From: Octopus vulgaris
Taxonomy: Eukaryota
Assembly: GCA_951406725.2 (NCBI GenBank)
Contig: OX597827.1
Location: 78,368,001 to 78,432,000 of the forward strand
Length of the DNA stretch: 64,000 nucleotides
Direction of reading: 5' to 3'
Part shown: positions 52,562 to 64,000 of the stretch, piece by piece
How positions within the stretch are numbered: position 1 is the stretch's first letter
Layout: each line of letters starts with the position of its first letter
Notes under the pieces: generated by a model
What the model was told of the DNA's origin: nothing
Databases searched by the model: none
What the model saw: only the letters and a program-made list of their open reading frames with translations
Made by a program: the position numbers and the translations under genes

Positions 52562-52889
52562 ATGTGCTCAGTGGTTAGAACGTCGAGCTTACGATCGTGA
52601 GGTTGTGAGTTCGAATCCTGGACCAGGCTGCGTGTTGTGTTCTTGAGCAAAGCACTTTATTTCACGTTGCTCCAGTTCACTCAGCTGTAGAAATGAGTTG
52701 CGATGTCACAGGTGCCAAGCTATATCAGCCTTTGCCTTTCCCTTGGATAACACTGGTGGCGTGGAGAGGGGAGGCCGGTATGAATGGGCGACTGCTGGTC
52801 TTCCATAAAACAACCTTGCCCAGACTTGTGCCTGGGAGGGTAACTTTCCAGGTGCAAGCCCACAGTCAGCCATGACCAAAGGGGGTTTC
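52562..52889 (+). mobile_element. SINE family E (tRNA-headed)
   Basis: A-box GCTCAGTGG, B-box GAGTTCGAATCC, then GTGTTCTTGAGCAAAGCACTTT body. Inverted copy at 8670-9003; degenerate copies at about 28385-28540 and 46480-46625. Confidence 0.8.
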
Positions 52890-53137
52890 AATACGTCCAA
52901 CCATTGGCCACACCAATCACTGTTTACCTGACCAATTCATGTAACATCTTCACTCTATCTCCTGACTTGGATACCAAACTTTGGTCTCTTGCCATTTCTG
53001 CTCTCTGGATCACTCAATTCAACATCTTACCACGTCTGGCTCAGCCTTACGCACTGCATCCATGTTGTGGATCTTATTGACAGGAAAATATGATGTTAAG
53101 GGTTGTTGTGGACCCTGTTCACAGTAGAATGTAAACA

Positions 53138-53290
53138 AGTGGCTGTGTGGTAAGTAGCTTGCTTACCAACCACATGGTTCCGGGTTCAGTCCCACTGCAT
53201 GGCACCTTGGGCAAGTGTCTTCTACTATAGAGGCCAACCAAAGCCTTGTGAGTGGATTTGGTAGACGGAAACTGAAAGAAGCCCGTCATA

Positions 53291-53339
<49 letters not shown>

Positions 53340-53547
53340 ATATGTTTGTGTATCTGTGTTTGTTCCCCCAACATTGCTTCACAACCGATGCTGGTGTGTT
53401 TACATCCCCGTAACTTAGCGGTTCGGCAAAAGAGACCGATAGAATGAGTACTAGGCTTACAAAAAATAAGTCCTGGTGTCGATTTGCTCGACTAAAAGCA
53501 GTGCTCCAGCATGGCCGCAGTCAAATGACTGCAACAAGTAAAAGAGA
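53138..53547 (+). mobile_element. SINE family A, full length
   Basis: Family sequence ending about 100 bp upstream of the exon at 53652. Confidence 0.85.
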
Positions 53548-53651
53548 ACCTGTTTGTGATGGACTTGATTGAGTTACCTGTGATGATTTCTTTGAAAATT
53601 AATAAACAACACCTGTCTTCATATATTTTTCTTACTTCGTGTTCGTTACAG

Positions 53652-53875
53652 GTGTTGAAGGTGGTGAAACTGCTTGTAAGTTGGCTCGGAAATGGGGCTA
53701 CAAAGTGAAAAAGATCCCTGAAAACAAGGCCAAAATTGTGTTTGCTGAAGGCAACTTCTGGGGCCGAACTCTTGCTGCTATCTCTTCTTCAACTGACCCC
53801 AGCAGTTATGATGGGTTTGGACCATACATGCCTGGTCTCGCCATTGCCCCATATAATGATTTAGCTGCCCTCGAG
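53652..53875 (+). CDS. OAT: Ornithine aminotransferase, coding exon 3
   Basis: TTACAG| ... GAG|GTAAAA; 224 nt, phase 1-0. Translates [17 protein letters not shown]...[40 protein letters not shown]. Confidence 0.97.
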
Positions 53876-55249
53876 GTAAAACTTGCCACCAATCCTATTT
53901 ACTGGTGATTTTTGTTGTTATTCCATTGTTATCATCTTAAATATTTAATATTTTGCATCATTGAGACTCTCTACAAATGAACCTTTATAATACTGTAATC
54001 ACTGCCTTCATCCACATCATCCTCCCTCTCTCTCTCTTTCCTCTCTCTCCCCTCCTCTCCTCCCCTCCCCTCTCTCTGTCTGTGCAGTCCTGGCCAAATG
54101 CTAAGCAGTATTTTGTCCATCTTTGTGTTCTAAGTTTGCCTTTCATCTGTTGAACGCTGAGATCAATGTAATTGATTTAGCCCCCAATCCCTAATTTGCT
54201 GGTCTTGTACTAAAATTTGAAATTATTACCCAGGCAGTGACCTGACAGAATCTTTAGCATGCTGTACAAAATGCTTAGCAGTATTTTGCCTGTCTCCACG
54301 TTTTGAGTTCAAATTCTGCTGAGGTCAACTCTACCTTTCATCCTTTCAGGGGTCGACAAATTAAGTACCAGTAAAACACTGGGGTCGACGTAATCAAATC
54401 TTTCTCTCCCCCAAAATTGCTGCCTTTGTTGCAAAATTTGAAGCCATTATTATTGCCTAATTCTTAATGCCTAATCCTTAATCAAATCCCTAATCTCTGT
54501 ACTAGTGTCCCTTAATTTGTTTACTAACAACCCCAAATTTCTTAGTTCTTTTTATGTTCCTTTTCTATTGCAACCTATTCTTCCCCCTCCCCCAACAACC
54601 CTTAATCTCTCCTCACACTACTTAATCTATTTACTAATTAGTCCCCTAATCTATTTACTCAATAGTTCACTGATATATTTACTCACTGACCCCCTTATTT
54701 GCCAATCTGCCTTGTCTATTTACTTACAAACCCTTAATTTTCTTACTAGTCCCACAGATTTTCTTTCTAGTTCCTCTAACTAATCCTTAATTTATTCACC
54801 TGTTAATCTGTTTAATCAGTAGTTTCTATTTCTTGCTCTGTTTACTCTCTAACCCCTAATTCCTTTGTCAGCCTCACTACTCTATTTACTCACAAGCCCT
54901 TCATTTTTTTACTGGTCCTTTTAATCTGTTTACTTGCTAACCCCCAAATTTGTTTACTTATTAATTCCTTTAATCTGTTTGTTCAAGCCCCTAATTTTTT
55001 TTTATTTGCTCTTCCCTTTAATCTGTTTATTTTCTAATCAATCCAATTCATTTTATAGATATGTCCCTTAAGTTGTTTACCTATCACTAATTTCTTTACT
55101 CATTAGTACCCCTTATTTTGCTAGTTCCCTTAATCTCTTACAAGATCCTTAATTTATCCTCCTCATGATCCCTATTCTCCACCCTATACAACAGCTCTAT
55201 ATAGAAACATCTCTTTATCTCGGCCCCTTTTTCCTATTATTATTTCTAG

Positions 55250-55422
55250 GAGCATATCAAAGACCCAAATACTTGTGCCTTTATGATGGAACCCATTCAA
55301 GGTGAAGCTGGGGTGGTTGTACCCCATGAAGGTTACCTGCAGGGAGTCCGAAAGCTCTGTGATAAATACAATGTGTTGTGGATTGCCGATGAAGTACAGA
55401 CCGGAATAGCAAGAACAGGAAA
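55250..55422 (+). CDS. OAT: Ornithine aminotransferase, coding exon 4
   Basis: TTTCTAG| ... AA|GTACGT; 173 nt, phase 0-2. Translates [25 protein letters not shown]...[15 protein letters not shown], including the class-III aminotransferase DEVQTG motif. Confidence 0.97.
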
Positions 55423-57338
55423 GTACGTATCTTTGTATAATAAACCACACACATATATATACATACATGTGTGTAGAATGATTTAATTAAACAAATGAAA
55501 CCGCTTGGGCTAGATATACAAAATATACATACATATCATTATCATGATGTAGCTTCCCTTTTCCATGCTGGCATGGGTTGGACGGTGTGATTGGAACTGG
55601 TAAGCTGGAGGGCTGCACCAGGTTCCAACCTGATTTGGCATGGGTTCTGTGGCTGGATGCTCTTCCTGATGCTGACCACTCCAAGAGAGTAATGGTTGCT
55701 CTTGACATCCACCAACATGGTTACCAGATACGTGACACCAGTATTGGCCACGACCACAGTCTCACTTGGCTTGATGGATCTCCTCAAGCATGGCACATCA
55801 CCAAAGGTCTCTGTCATTTGTCATTGCCTCCATGGGGCCCAGTGTTTGAAGATCATGTTTTACCACCGTGTCCCATATCTTTCTGGGCCTGTCCTTTCCA
55901 CAGGTTCCCTCTACAGTTAGAGATCAGCACAGATATACGTCAGACGATGAATGATTATGTATAAATTGAGGACCAAGATCCAGCCTCTGTCTCTCCACAC
56001 TGAAGACAGAGGCCAGATCTACCCAATGTTTATATGCTTCCACTACTGGTTGCATAGCCATGACTTTTTGCAAACAACATGGGCATCCAGCTGTAGAAAC
56101 TTTGCCAGATCAGACTGGAGCCTGGTGCAGCCTTCAGTCAAACCGTCCAACCCATGCCAGCATGGAAAGCGGACGTTAAACGACAATGATTATATAATGA
56201 TAAACATCTGCCAACATTATGAATTAATTCTGAGCCCCACTCCCCCAAAACAGCTGTTGGATCTGTAACACCACACCTTCACCCCTCAATCTTCAGTGTC
56301 TTTGTATTCTCTTTGTTTGCTCTGTTAATAGAGATCTTTATATTTGAACATGAATATTCATCATCTGAATATTTTTCAGTCTTTGTCTTCTCCATTTATG
56401 CGTAGGTATATATTTATGGATATTTTGTATATCTAGCTCAAGGTTTTGTTTGTTTGTTTGCATCATTCTCTCCAAATCTGCTCACCTGGATTCCTCTTAT
56501 GGCCACTCTTTACCCCATAGACTTAGTCCTTCAGTAAAGAGGGGAGAAGTTGATTACATCGCCACCCCCACCAGTGCTTGACTGCTACTTATTTTATCGA
56601 CCCTGAAAGGATGAAAAGCAAAGTCCACCTTGGCAATATTTGAATTTGGAATGTAAAGACTGACAAAAAGCCACCAAGCATCTTGTCTGCTAAACTCACA
56701 ATGCTGCCAGCACTTTGCCTTGATAAGAATAATTCTTTCTACTATAGGCACAAGGCCTGAAATTTGGGCGAAGGGGATACTCCATTACTTAATAATAATA
56801 ATAATAATAATAACTAGCTAGATACATGAAAGATTCACGGAAAACATAAAAAAATGTAAGCATCTGTAAACAGTGTAATGGTGTCTTGAGAAATGTTTGT
56901 ATATTATGACCGTCTGTCTTTACGTTCTGAGTTCAAATTCTTCCGAGATTGACTTTGCCTTTCATCCTTTCAAGGTTGATAAATTAAGTATCAGTTGTTT
57001 ACTGGGGACGATCTAATCAACTGGCCCCCTCCCCACAAAATATTCAGGCCTAGAAAAGTATATTGTGGCAGTTACAGAATATAGAACGTAATGTAACACC
57101 AATGACTATATAATCCAACCAAAATATCTATTACACAAACATAAATGGAATTACTATTCAACCTTAAAATACATCATACATATTCAAAGGACCTTAATGT
57201 ACAAATTGAAATGCAAAAGAATGAAATAATAAATGGATTTATGAATGAAAGTTTGGTAATTGTGTTTATTTCCACCATGTGACACTTATTATTGCAAACA
57301 CGTTTTAACTAACCTATACTATACACACACACAAATAC

Positions 57339-57375
<37 letters not shown>

Positions 57376-57696
57376 TGAGTTGTAGCTGTAATGCAAAGGG
57401 GCCTGCTTTGTCATATTCTGTGTGAGGCTGAATCTCCCTGAGAACTACGTTTATGTTATGCATGTCCGTGGAGTACTCAGCCATTTGTGAGTTAATTTTA
57501 ATCTCGTGTGGTAATGAAAAGTGAAAGTGACATCCAATATTTGCTGTGTGTATGTATCTATGCATGAAGTTTTCTTTGGATTTATGTATCTACTGTCTCT
57601 CTCTCACTTCCCTTCTCTTTCACTTTGTGTTCCTCTTCTCTCCTGCTTTTGATTTAACAATGTGTATCTATGTATCTACTTCTCTTGCGATATGAT

Positions 57697-57905
57697 AAAC
57701 ATTTAAAATCACAAAATGAATGTCACCATCACTCACTGTCTCTTCCACTTCCACTCTCTTTCTCTCTTACTTCCTCTCTGAAACGTTTAAAATCACAAAA
57801 TGAATGCCACCATCACTCACTGTCTCTTCCACTCTCTTTCTCTCTTACTTCCTCTCTGAAACGTTTAACAACACAAAACGAACGCTGTCACCACTCACTT
57901 TCTCT
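57697..57905. repeat. About 80-bp tandem repeat, roughly 2.6 copies
   Basis: AAAC.TTTAAAATCACAAAATGAATG.CACCATCACTCACT... units start at about 57697, 57781 and 57859. Confidence 0.85.
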
Positions 57906-58068
57906 TTCACTCTCCCTTTCTCACTCTCTGTCTCTGTCTCCCTCTCTGTCCTCTTCTCTCTCACTTTGTCACTTCATTGAAGTAAGTGTGATGCACACAA
58001 CAGGTACGAACAAAAACCAAAAGTTAGCGTCGTATTAATATTATTGATAATTATTGTCATTATTTTAG

Positions 58069-58147
58069 GATGTTGGCTGTTGATCACGAGAATGTTCGAC
58101 CTGACATTGTCATCTTGGGCAAGGCTTTGTCTGGTGGGGTTTTGCCG
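58069..58147 (+). CDS. OAT: Ornithine aminotransferase, coding exon 5 (PLP-binding lysine)
   Basis: TTTTAG| ... CCG|GTAAGT; 79 nt, phase 2-0. Translates (K)[26 protein letters not shown], with the Lys codon at 58121-58123. It is absent from the ORF track. Confidence 0.97.
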
Positions 58148-59408
58148 GTAAGTAGATATCTTTCATGTATTCATTTATACTAAATATGTGTAACACACTC
58201 AGAGAATCTATATACCACAGAACCTCCCAAAAGTACACATCAGCATCTAAGCATTGTCTAAGCCTAATTAGGTTACCTATGAAGAATAATGTCAAAGTAA
58301 GCAATTCTCCACAAATTATATTATGAATCTACAAACATTTTCCACTTTGCAAGTTTAAAGAACAACCCAGAATAACAAGACTAAGATATAAGAAATTCAC
58401 AACTGAGCAGAACACATATGCACTCTCATCATCAGCTGCCCAAGCAGATATCATTATAGTTTTGACACCTGAGCAGTACCATTCAAGCTGATAGTCTCTA
58501 CAGCTTCAAAAATATCAGCACTTCCTGGAATTCACTGTATATATATATATTAGCAAAGGCATCTGTCCTTTGGGCGGTTTAAGATGCTTTAGTGGCATTT
58601 TTTTCACCAAATAATTGAACTATTGAGAAGGTTTATGAGTAGTACAGCAATCTATGTTTCCAATTAACCTAGGAACAGAAAACCAAATTGAAGACTGGTT
58701 ATTGTGGAGGTCATTGCACTTTAATCATCATAGAACATATAAGTTTGCAAGCAATGCAAAGTAGAGCTACTGAAGTGTTTTGGGAGTTTATGATGGATAA
58801 TGACTACAAAATATAGTTGTTTTACATGAAAGCACGAGCTTTCAAACGTTGGGCCATCACAGAGGCAATGACATGTGACAGACCTTTGGAGATATGCTGT
58901 GCTTGAGAAGACCTGGCAAGCTAAGTGAGATTGTAGCTGTGGCCTATACCAGTGTCACATAATTGGCCCATTTAAGAGTTCCGTTCAATCATCGGGCAAT
59001 ATGCTGTGTTGAGAAGACCTGTTGAGTCAAATGAAATCATTGTTGTGGCCAATGCCAGCACCGCCTGAAAATTGTAGTCATGGCCTATGCCAGTGTCACA
59101 TAATCGACCCATTTAAGAGTTCCTTTCAATGGTCAGGATATTTGCTGTGCTTGAGAAGACCTGTTCAGTCAAGTGAAGCTGTTGTGGCTGATGCCAGTAC
59201 CGCCTGACTGGCCCCCATGCCAGTGGCATGTAAAAAGCACTCACTATGCTCTCAGTGTGGTTGGTGTCAGGAAAGGCATCCAGCTGTAGAAACTCTGCCA
59301 GATCAGACTGGAGCCTGGTGCAACCATCTGGTTCGCCAGCCCTCAGTCAAAATCGTCCAACCCATGCTAGCATGGAAAGCGGACGTTAAACGATGATGAT
59401 GATGATGA

Positions 59409-59448
<40 letters not shown>

Positions 59449-60408
59449 TAGCAGCAGCTAAGCCTGATTTCACTCAGTCAGTTTGGATGATATGGCTGTA
59501 AAACCTGCTCTGTGTAAGCATTCGACTTATTTCGGCATGCTTAAGTTAAAAAACAATTTTAGAATGACTTTTTTCTGTCAAAGCACTAAAAATAACTGAC
59601 CAACAACAACAAAAAAAAAAAGCAACCAAGATTCAACCAAATCAAAAAATAAACCCAAATACTAAGCAAACAAAAATGAACTATTCCACTTCCATTGCAT
59701 GCACGCACACACACATTCACATACCCCCATCCTTTTACATACACACATATATTCACACAGTTGAAATGCTGTTTGATTTACTTTTTCAGCGTACAATCTT
59801 CATCATCCCACTACTAAGTATGACATCACCCCATCCTTTCTCATTTATAAACACAAGAGTATTATTATAGTAGATTATCTCGGTAACTATGGGTGCTATG
59901 AAAAAATACAAAGCCCAGCATCACCACCGGATCATTCTACACATCTGTGTAATTTTTCATGCAGTTCCACCCAGCCGTTTGACTGTGAATCCCAAGACAA
60001 GAAAGAATCGCCCATGTCAAATTTATATGTATAGATATAATCATAACCATCATTTACTGTCCAAGCTGCATAATGGCATGAGTTGACGACAACTTGGCAG
60101 CATCCAATGAGTCTAAGGGCCACATCATGATCTCCTGCCTGCTTTGGCAAGGTTTCTATAGCTTATTATATATAATAAGATTTTATGTAGATAGGGTTAA
60201 AATCCAAGCTGTATCCTCTCGAAGTGTCTCTACTTGTTTTAGTATTTCAAATCTGTTGATTCTCTGTCTGAAAAGTTCCTAATAGGAAATATCTTCCATG
60301 TTTTCTGTAACAAGTGCACTTCTTTCGCTGCATTCTCCCAGTGCCGTCCCCCAGCAACGGTGTTCTTATGCTGCTAACACTATTGTCCTATTTTCTTCTA
60401 TTTCACAG

Positions 60409-60661
60409 GTGTCTGCTATTCTGGCTGATGACGAGGTGATGTTGACCATCCAGCCAGGTGAACACGGCTCTACGTTTGGTGGGAATCCTCTTGCATGCCA
60501 AGTTGCCATAGCAGCAATGGATGTGATCAAAGATGAAATGTTGGTAGAGAACTCTGAGAAGATGGGACAAATCTTACGTGCGGAACTGTCCAAACTTCCG
60601 TCCTCCATTGTTAAGACTGTACGAGGCAAAGGTTTACTCAATGCCATTGTCATCGATGCTA
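60409..60661 (+). CDS. OAT: Ornithine aminotransferase, coding exon 6 (gene continues beyond the window)
   Basis: TTTCACAG| ... A|GTAAGT; 253 nt, phase 0-1. Translates [30 protein letters not shown]...[14 protein letters not shown]. The final exon (expected GLLAKPTH..IIR.APPL) was not seen in 60662-64000. Confidence 0.96.
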
Positions 60662-60769
60662 GTAAGTATATATATATATCTATAGACATAAGTTCAGCAA
60701 AATTTAGATTCAGATGAATATGGTACTTAAGTCAAAGGCACCAGAATTTTGTATGGTATTATCCATATA

Positions 60770-61137
60770 GGCGCAGGAGTGGCTGTGTGGTAAGTAGCTT
60801 GCTTACCAACCACATGGTTCCGGGTTCAGTCCCACTGCGTGGCATCTTGGGCAAGTGTCTTCTGCTATAGCCCCGGGCCGACCAATGCCTTGCGAGTGGA
60901 TTTGGTAGACGGAAACTGAAAGAAGCCTGTCATATATGCGTTTGTGTGTCTGTCCCCCTAGCATTGCTTGACAACTGATGCTGGTGTGTTTACGTCCTCG
61001 TCACTTAGCGGTTTGGCAAAAGACACCGATAGAATAAGTACTGGGCTTACAAAGAATAAGTCCCAGGGTCGATTTGCTCGACTAAAGGCGGTGCTCCAGC
61101 ATGGCCGCAGTCAAATGACTGAAACAAGTAAAAGAGT
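60770..61137 (+). mobile_element. SINE family A, full length
   Basis: GGCGCAGGAGTGGCTGTGTGGTAAG head, GGGTTCAGTCCC B-box-like motif, CORE-like CTTGGGCAAGTG, and GAAACAAGTAAAAGAG tail. Confidence 0.88.
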
Positions 61138-61330
61138 ATAAATTAAATGGGGTGATTATAAATCAAAATAAGCAACAAGGATATCCAAGGTAGAGTAGTA
61201 CGATTGTTTCATGCTACTTCATTTTATTAAACACTGTAAGTATTATATATACATAGATCCCCGGTCGAACCGTCCAACCCATGCTAGCATGGAGAACGGA
61301 CGTTAAACGATGATGATGATGATGTATATA

Positions 61331-62117
61331 CGAGGTCTGATCAAAAATATCGGGACTGTTGCTACAGTAATGGAGCTAAAAGTACACAAAGAGAAGCCAC
61401 TTGGCACAGCTTGACCTTGAACTCTAACGTTCTTGCTCTCTTTCTTTGTTCGTAGCAGTGCTTGAAAGTAAAGTGTGTAGAGTGTGGTTGTCTCAAAAAG
61501 AGGATCAGGTTTCAGCTGCTCATGAACTTCTTGATTGTGTTGAGGAAGAGGAAACCTGTTTGCAAACTGTCATAACAGGTGACGAATTGTGGGTCTATGG
61601 CTACGATCCTGAAACCAAAGCTCGGTCTTTGCAGTGAGAGAGCCCAACAAGATTTCATGACATAAAGGCAGCGAGCTGGCAGAAACGTTAGCACGCCAGA
61701 CGAAATGCTTATTGGTATTTCATCTGCCGTTATGTTCTGAGTTCAAATTCTGCCGAGGTTGACTTTGCCTTTCATCCTTTCGGGGTCGATAAATTAAGTA
61801 CCAGTTACGCACTGGGGTCGATGAAATCGACTTATTCTCTTTGTATGTCCTTGTTTGTCCCCTCTATGTTTAGCCCCTTGTGGGCAATAAAGAAATAGGA
61901 TTTCCTGACATTGAGGAGATCCACGAGAATACGACAAGGCAGCTGCTTGCTATCCCCAAAAAGGAGTTCAAGGGATGCTTCCATCGATGAAAACGATGCT
62001 GGATAAAGTGAGTGACTTCCGAAAGGGATTGCTTTGAAGGAGATTAAATGCTGAACCGACACGAATTGTAGTTTTCTTTCTATAGCAGCAGGCCTGAGAG
62101 TTTTTGGTCAGACCTCA
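61331..62117 (+). mobile_element. Internally deleted mariner transposon with a nested family B SINE
   Basis: TA|CGAGGTCTGATCAAAAA ... TTTTTGGTCAGACCTCA|TA. Encodes VITGDELWVYGYDPETK and the C-terminal DIEEIHEN...AIPKKEFKGCF...CW.K...DCFEGD*. Confidence 0.88.
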
Positions 62118-62120
62118 TAT

Positions 62121-62566
62121 GTTCCTTTATTACCCACAAGGGGCTAAACATAGAAGGGACAAATAAACGAATTAAGTCGATTACATCGACCCAAGTGCGT
62201 AACTGGTACTTAATCTATCGACCCCGAAAGGATGAAAGGCAAAGTCGACCTCGGTGGAATTTGAACTCAGAACCTAACGGCAGATGAAATACGGCTGCGC
62301 ATTTCGCCCGGCAGGCTAACGGTACTGCCAGCTTGCCGCCCTCTAAATATATTTCTTTACTACCCACAAGGGACTAACAAAGACAGACAAACGGATTAAG
62401 TCCATTACATCGACCCCAGTGCATAACTGGTATTTAATTTATCGACCCCGAAAGGATGACAGGCAAAGTCGACATTGGCAGAATTTGAACCCAGAACGTA
62501 ACGGCAGACGAAATACGGCTATGCATTTTGCCCGGCGTGCTAACGATTCTGCCAGCTCGCCGCCTT
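62121..62566 (-). mobile_element. Two tandem family B SINEs inside one TSD
   Basis: TCAGACCTCATAT at 62108-62120 and 62566-62578. Confidence 0.8.
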
Positions 62567-63384
62567 CAGACCTCATATATAAATCTCTACAGTATGTTTG
62601 TAGCAGTTCAGTAGATGTTATGTTGTATTACTGGGAGTTGGCAGGAGAGGGAATGGACACAGCATGGCCAAATTGGTTCATAAGTTTGCTTTGCAATCAA
62701 GAGATCTCGATTTGACCCCACTGAGTGGCATTTGCGGCCAGTGTGTTTTACTGTTGCCTCAAGTTGACCCAAACTATGATAGACGGGGCTCCCATTGCTA
62801 GACTGGAGCATCTTCCATTGCTGGTTGAATCAATCCGAATCTAAACAACAACAAAACTCTTTCGTGCTGGACACTCTTACCATTCCCCCTATTCTCACTG
62901 TCTCCCCCCCCCTCCGAACACTATCACATACTCCCACCATTCCCACACTGACATTACCTCCTCCCATCCTTTCCCCGCACTCCCACCTCTCCTCAAACAC
63001 TGTTTTTTTTTGCCTAAAGGTAGATAACTCCTCTCCGATCCTCTAATTAAACCAGTAGAAGAAAATATTCAGTAAAATGTCTCCCTTGCTACCAGTGACA
63101 CTGAGGTAGCCTGCATGGTCATTTGATATGTTAGATACAGTAGCTAAATCTCCCTCAAAATACATCCCACTTTCTTAAGATATGATTCGGACATTGTACT
63201 CCTATATATGATATCTCTTGCCCAAAAGTTAGGATTATTAAGGCTGGAACACTTTTGATCAGAGGTCTGCTTGATCAATGTTTTACCGAAGGCTAAACAG
63301 GAGCATAACTCCACATATTTTGCAGTAATTGGGTGTGGATTATCTCCACTTGGATCAAGTTGGTGGGAGATGATGGCCACTTGG

Positions 63385-63835
63385 AAATTATTGGATACAT
63401 TGAAACTCCGACGTCTGGCAGCTGACTTGGCAGACCCCCCCCCCCATAAAATTATTTACAAACAATAACTCTGAGCACCTTTTCAAACTCCACCCATCTA
63501 ACACCCGTGGACATGTTTACAAAGTCAGAAAACAGCACAGCTCCCATGACTTTAGGAAACATTTTTTCATGCTAAGAGTTGCTGAAGCGTGGAACAAACT
63601 GCCGGCATCAGTTGTTAGTTGTCGGAGCACTGCATTCTTCAAAACGTCCATGCTTCCTGAGGTTCGCCAACACTACACCTGATTTTCTCCCCTCCATACA
63701 CACACAAGCATGTATCTGACTCATACATTGTTCACTTTCCAGACACTTGTACATTACTGCATATTCTTTATATGCACTTTCTGACAAGTTGTGGTGCACC
63801 TGTGCACTGTATACAATAAGTTCATAATTATTATT
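63385..63835 (+). mobile_element. CR1-clade LINE 3' end (ORF2 C-terminus, 3' UTR, ATT tail)
   Basis: LDTLKLRRLAADL...HKII / NTRGHVYKVRKQHSSHDFRKHFFMLRVAEAWNKLPASVV matches the CR1-type TRGH..K...R..FFs.RV...WN.LP..VV motif. Confidence 0.8.
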
Positions 63836-64000
63836 CCATCATAAATTGGACAATTAATTCAATGCTACCCACTGACATGACAAAAGCAAGGGCAATATAA
63901 GTTATGTCGTTAAGATTCATTATTTTTCTCTGTATAAATGCTTCACACACAATCCATTCCTGGTACGAAAAAAGATTCTCCTCACTTGGTTTAAAGGTTG

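Noticed and set aside
52562-52630. tRNA gene candidates (also the heads at 19049, 37560 and 42564)
   Set aside because: A and B boxes are present, but the acceptor and anticodon stems do not pair properly and each continues into a repeated SINE body.
60662-64000. Final OAT exon
   Set aside because: I looked for a phase-1 exon encoding AW.VC..L...GLLAKPTH..IIR.APPL and did not find it; it is presumed to lie downstream of the window.

Overview
Eukaryotic, AT-rich, microsatellite- and SINE-dense genomic DNA. The repeat families resemble those of Octopus; this organism call is an inference. The only supportable host gene is a spliced + strand ornithine aminotransferase (OAT). Six GT-AG coding exons (44185-44371, 51033-51257, 53652-53875, 55250-55422, 58069-58147, 60409-60661) join in frame to 380 codons plus 1 nt, and the last exon lies beyond the window. 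A TATA/Inr promoter with a short non-coding first exon is predicted at about 22816-22909. The rest is transposon debris: about five SINE or short-retroposon families, maT/mariner, piggyBac, hAT, Helitron and Merlin-like elements, and CR1/RTE/Penelope fragments. The most interesting signals are minimal hammerhead-ribozyme motifs (one in a tRNA-headed element at 19011-19427), an HSE/MRE/CRE cluster just upstream of the OAT start codon, a 901-bp foldback element, paired TTAGGG-containing MITEs and several perfect palindromes. No prokaryotic-type system such as CRISPR or an operon is present. Nearly all ORF-track entries are microsatellite or SINE artefacts. All calls were made by eye, with no searches run.
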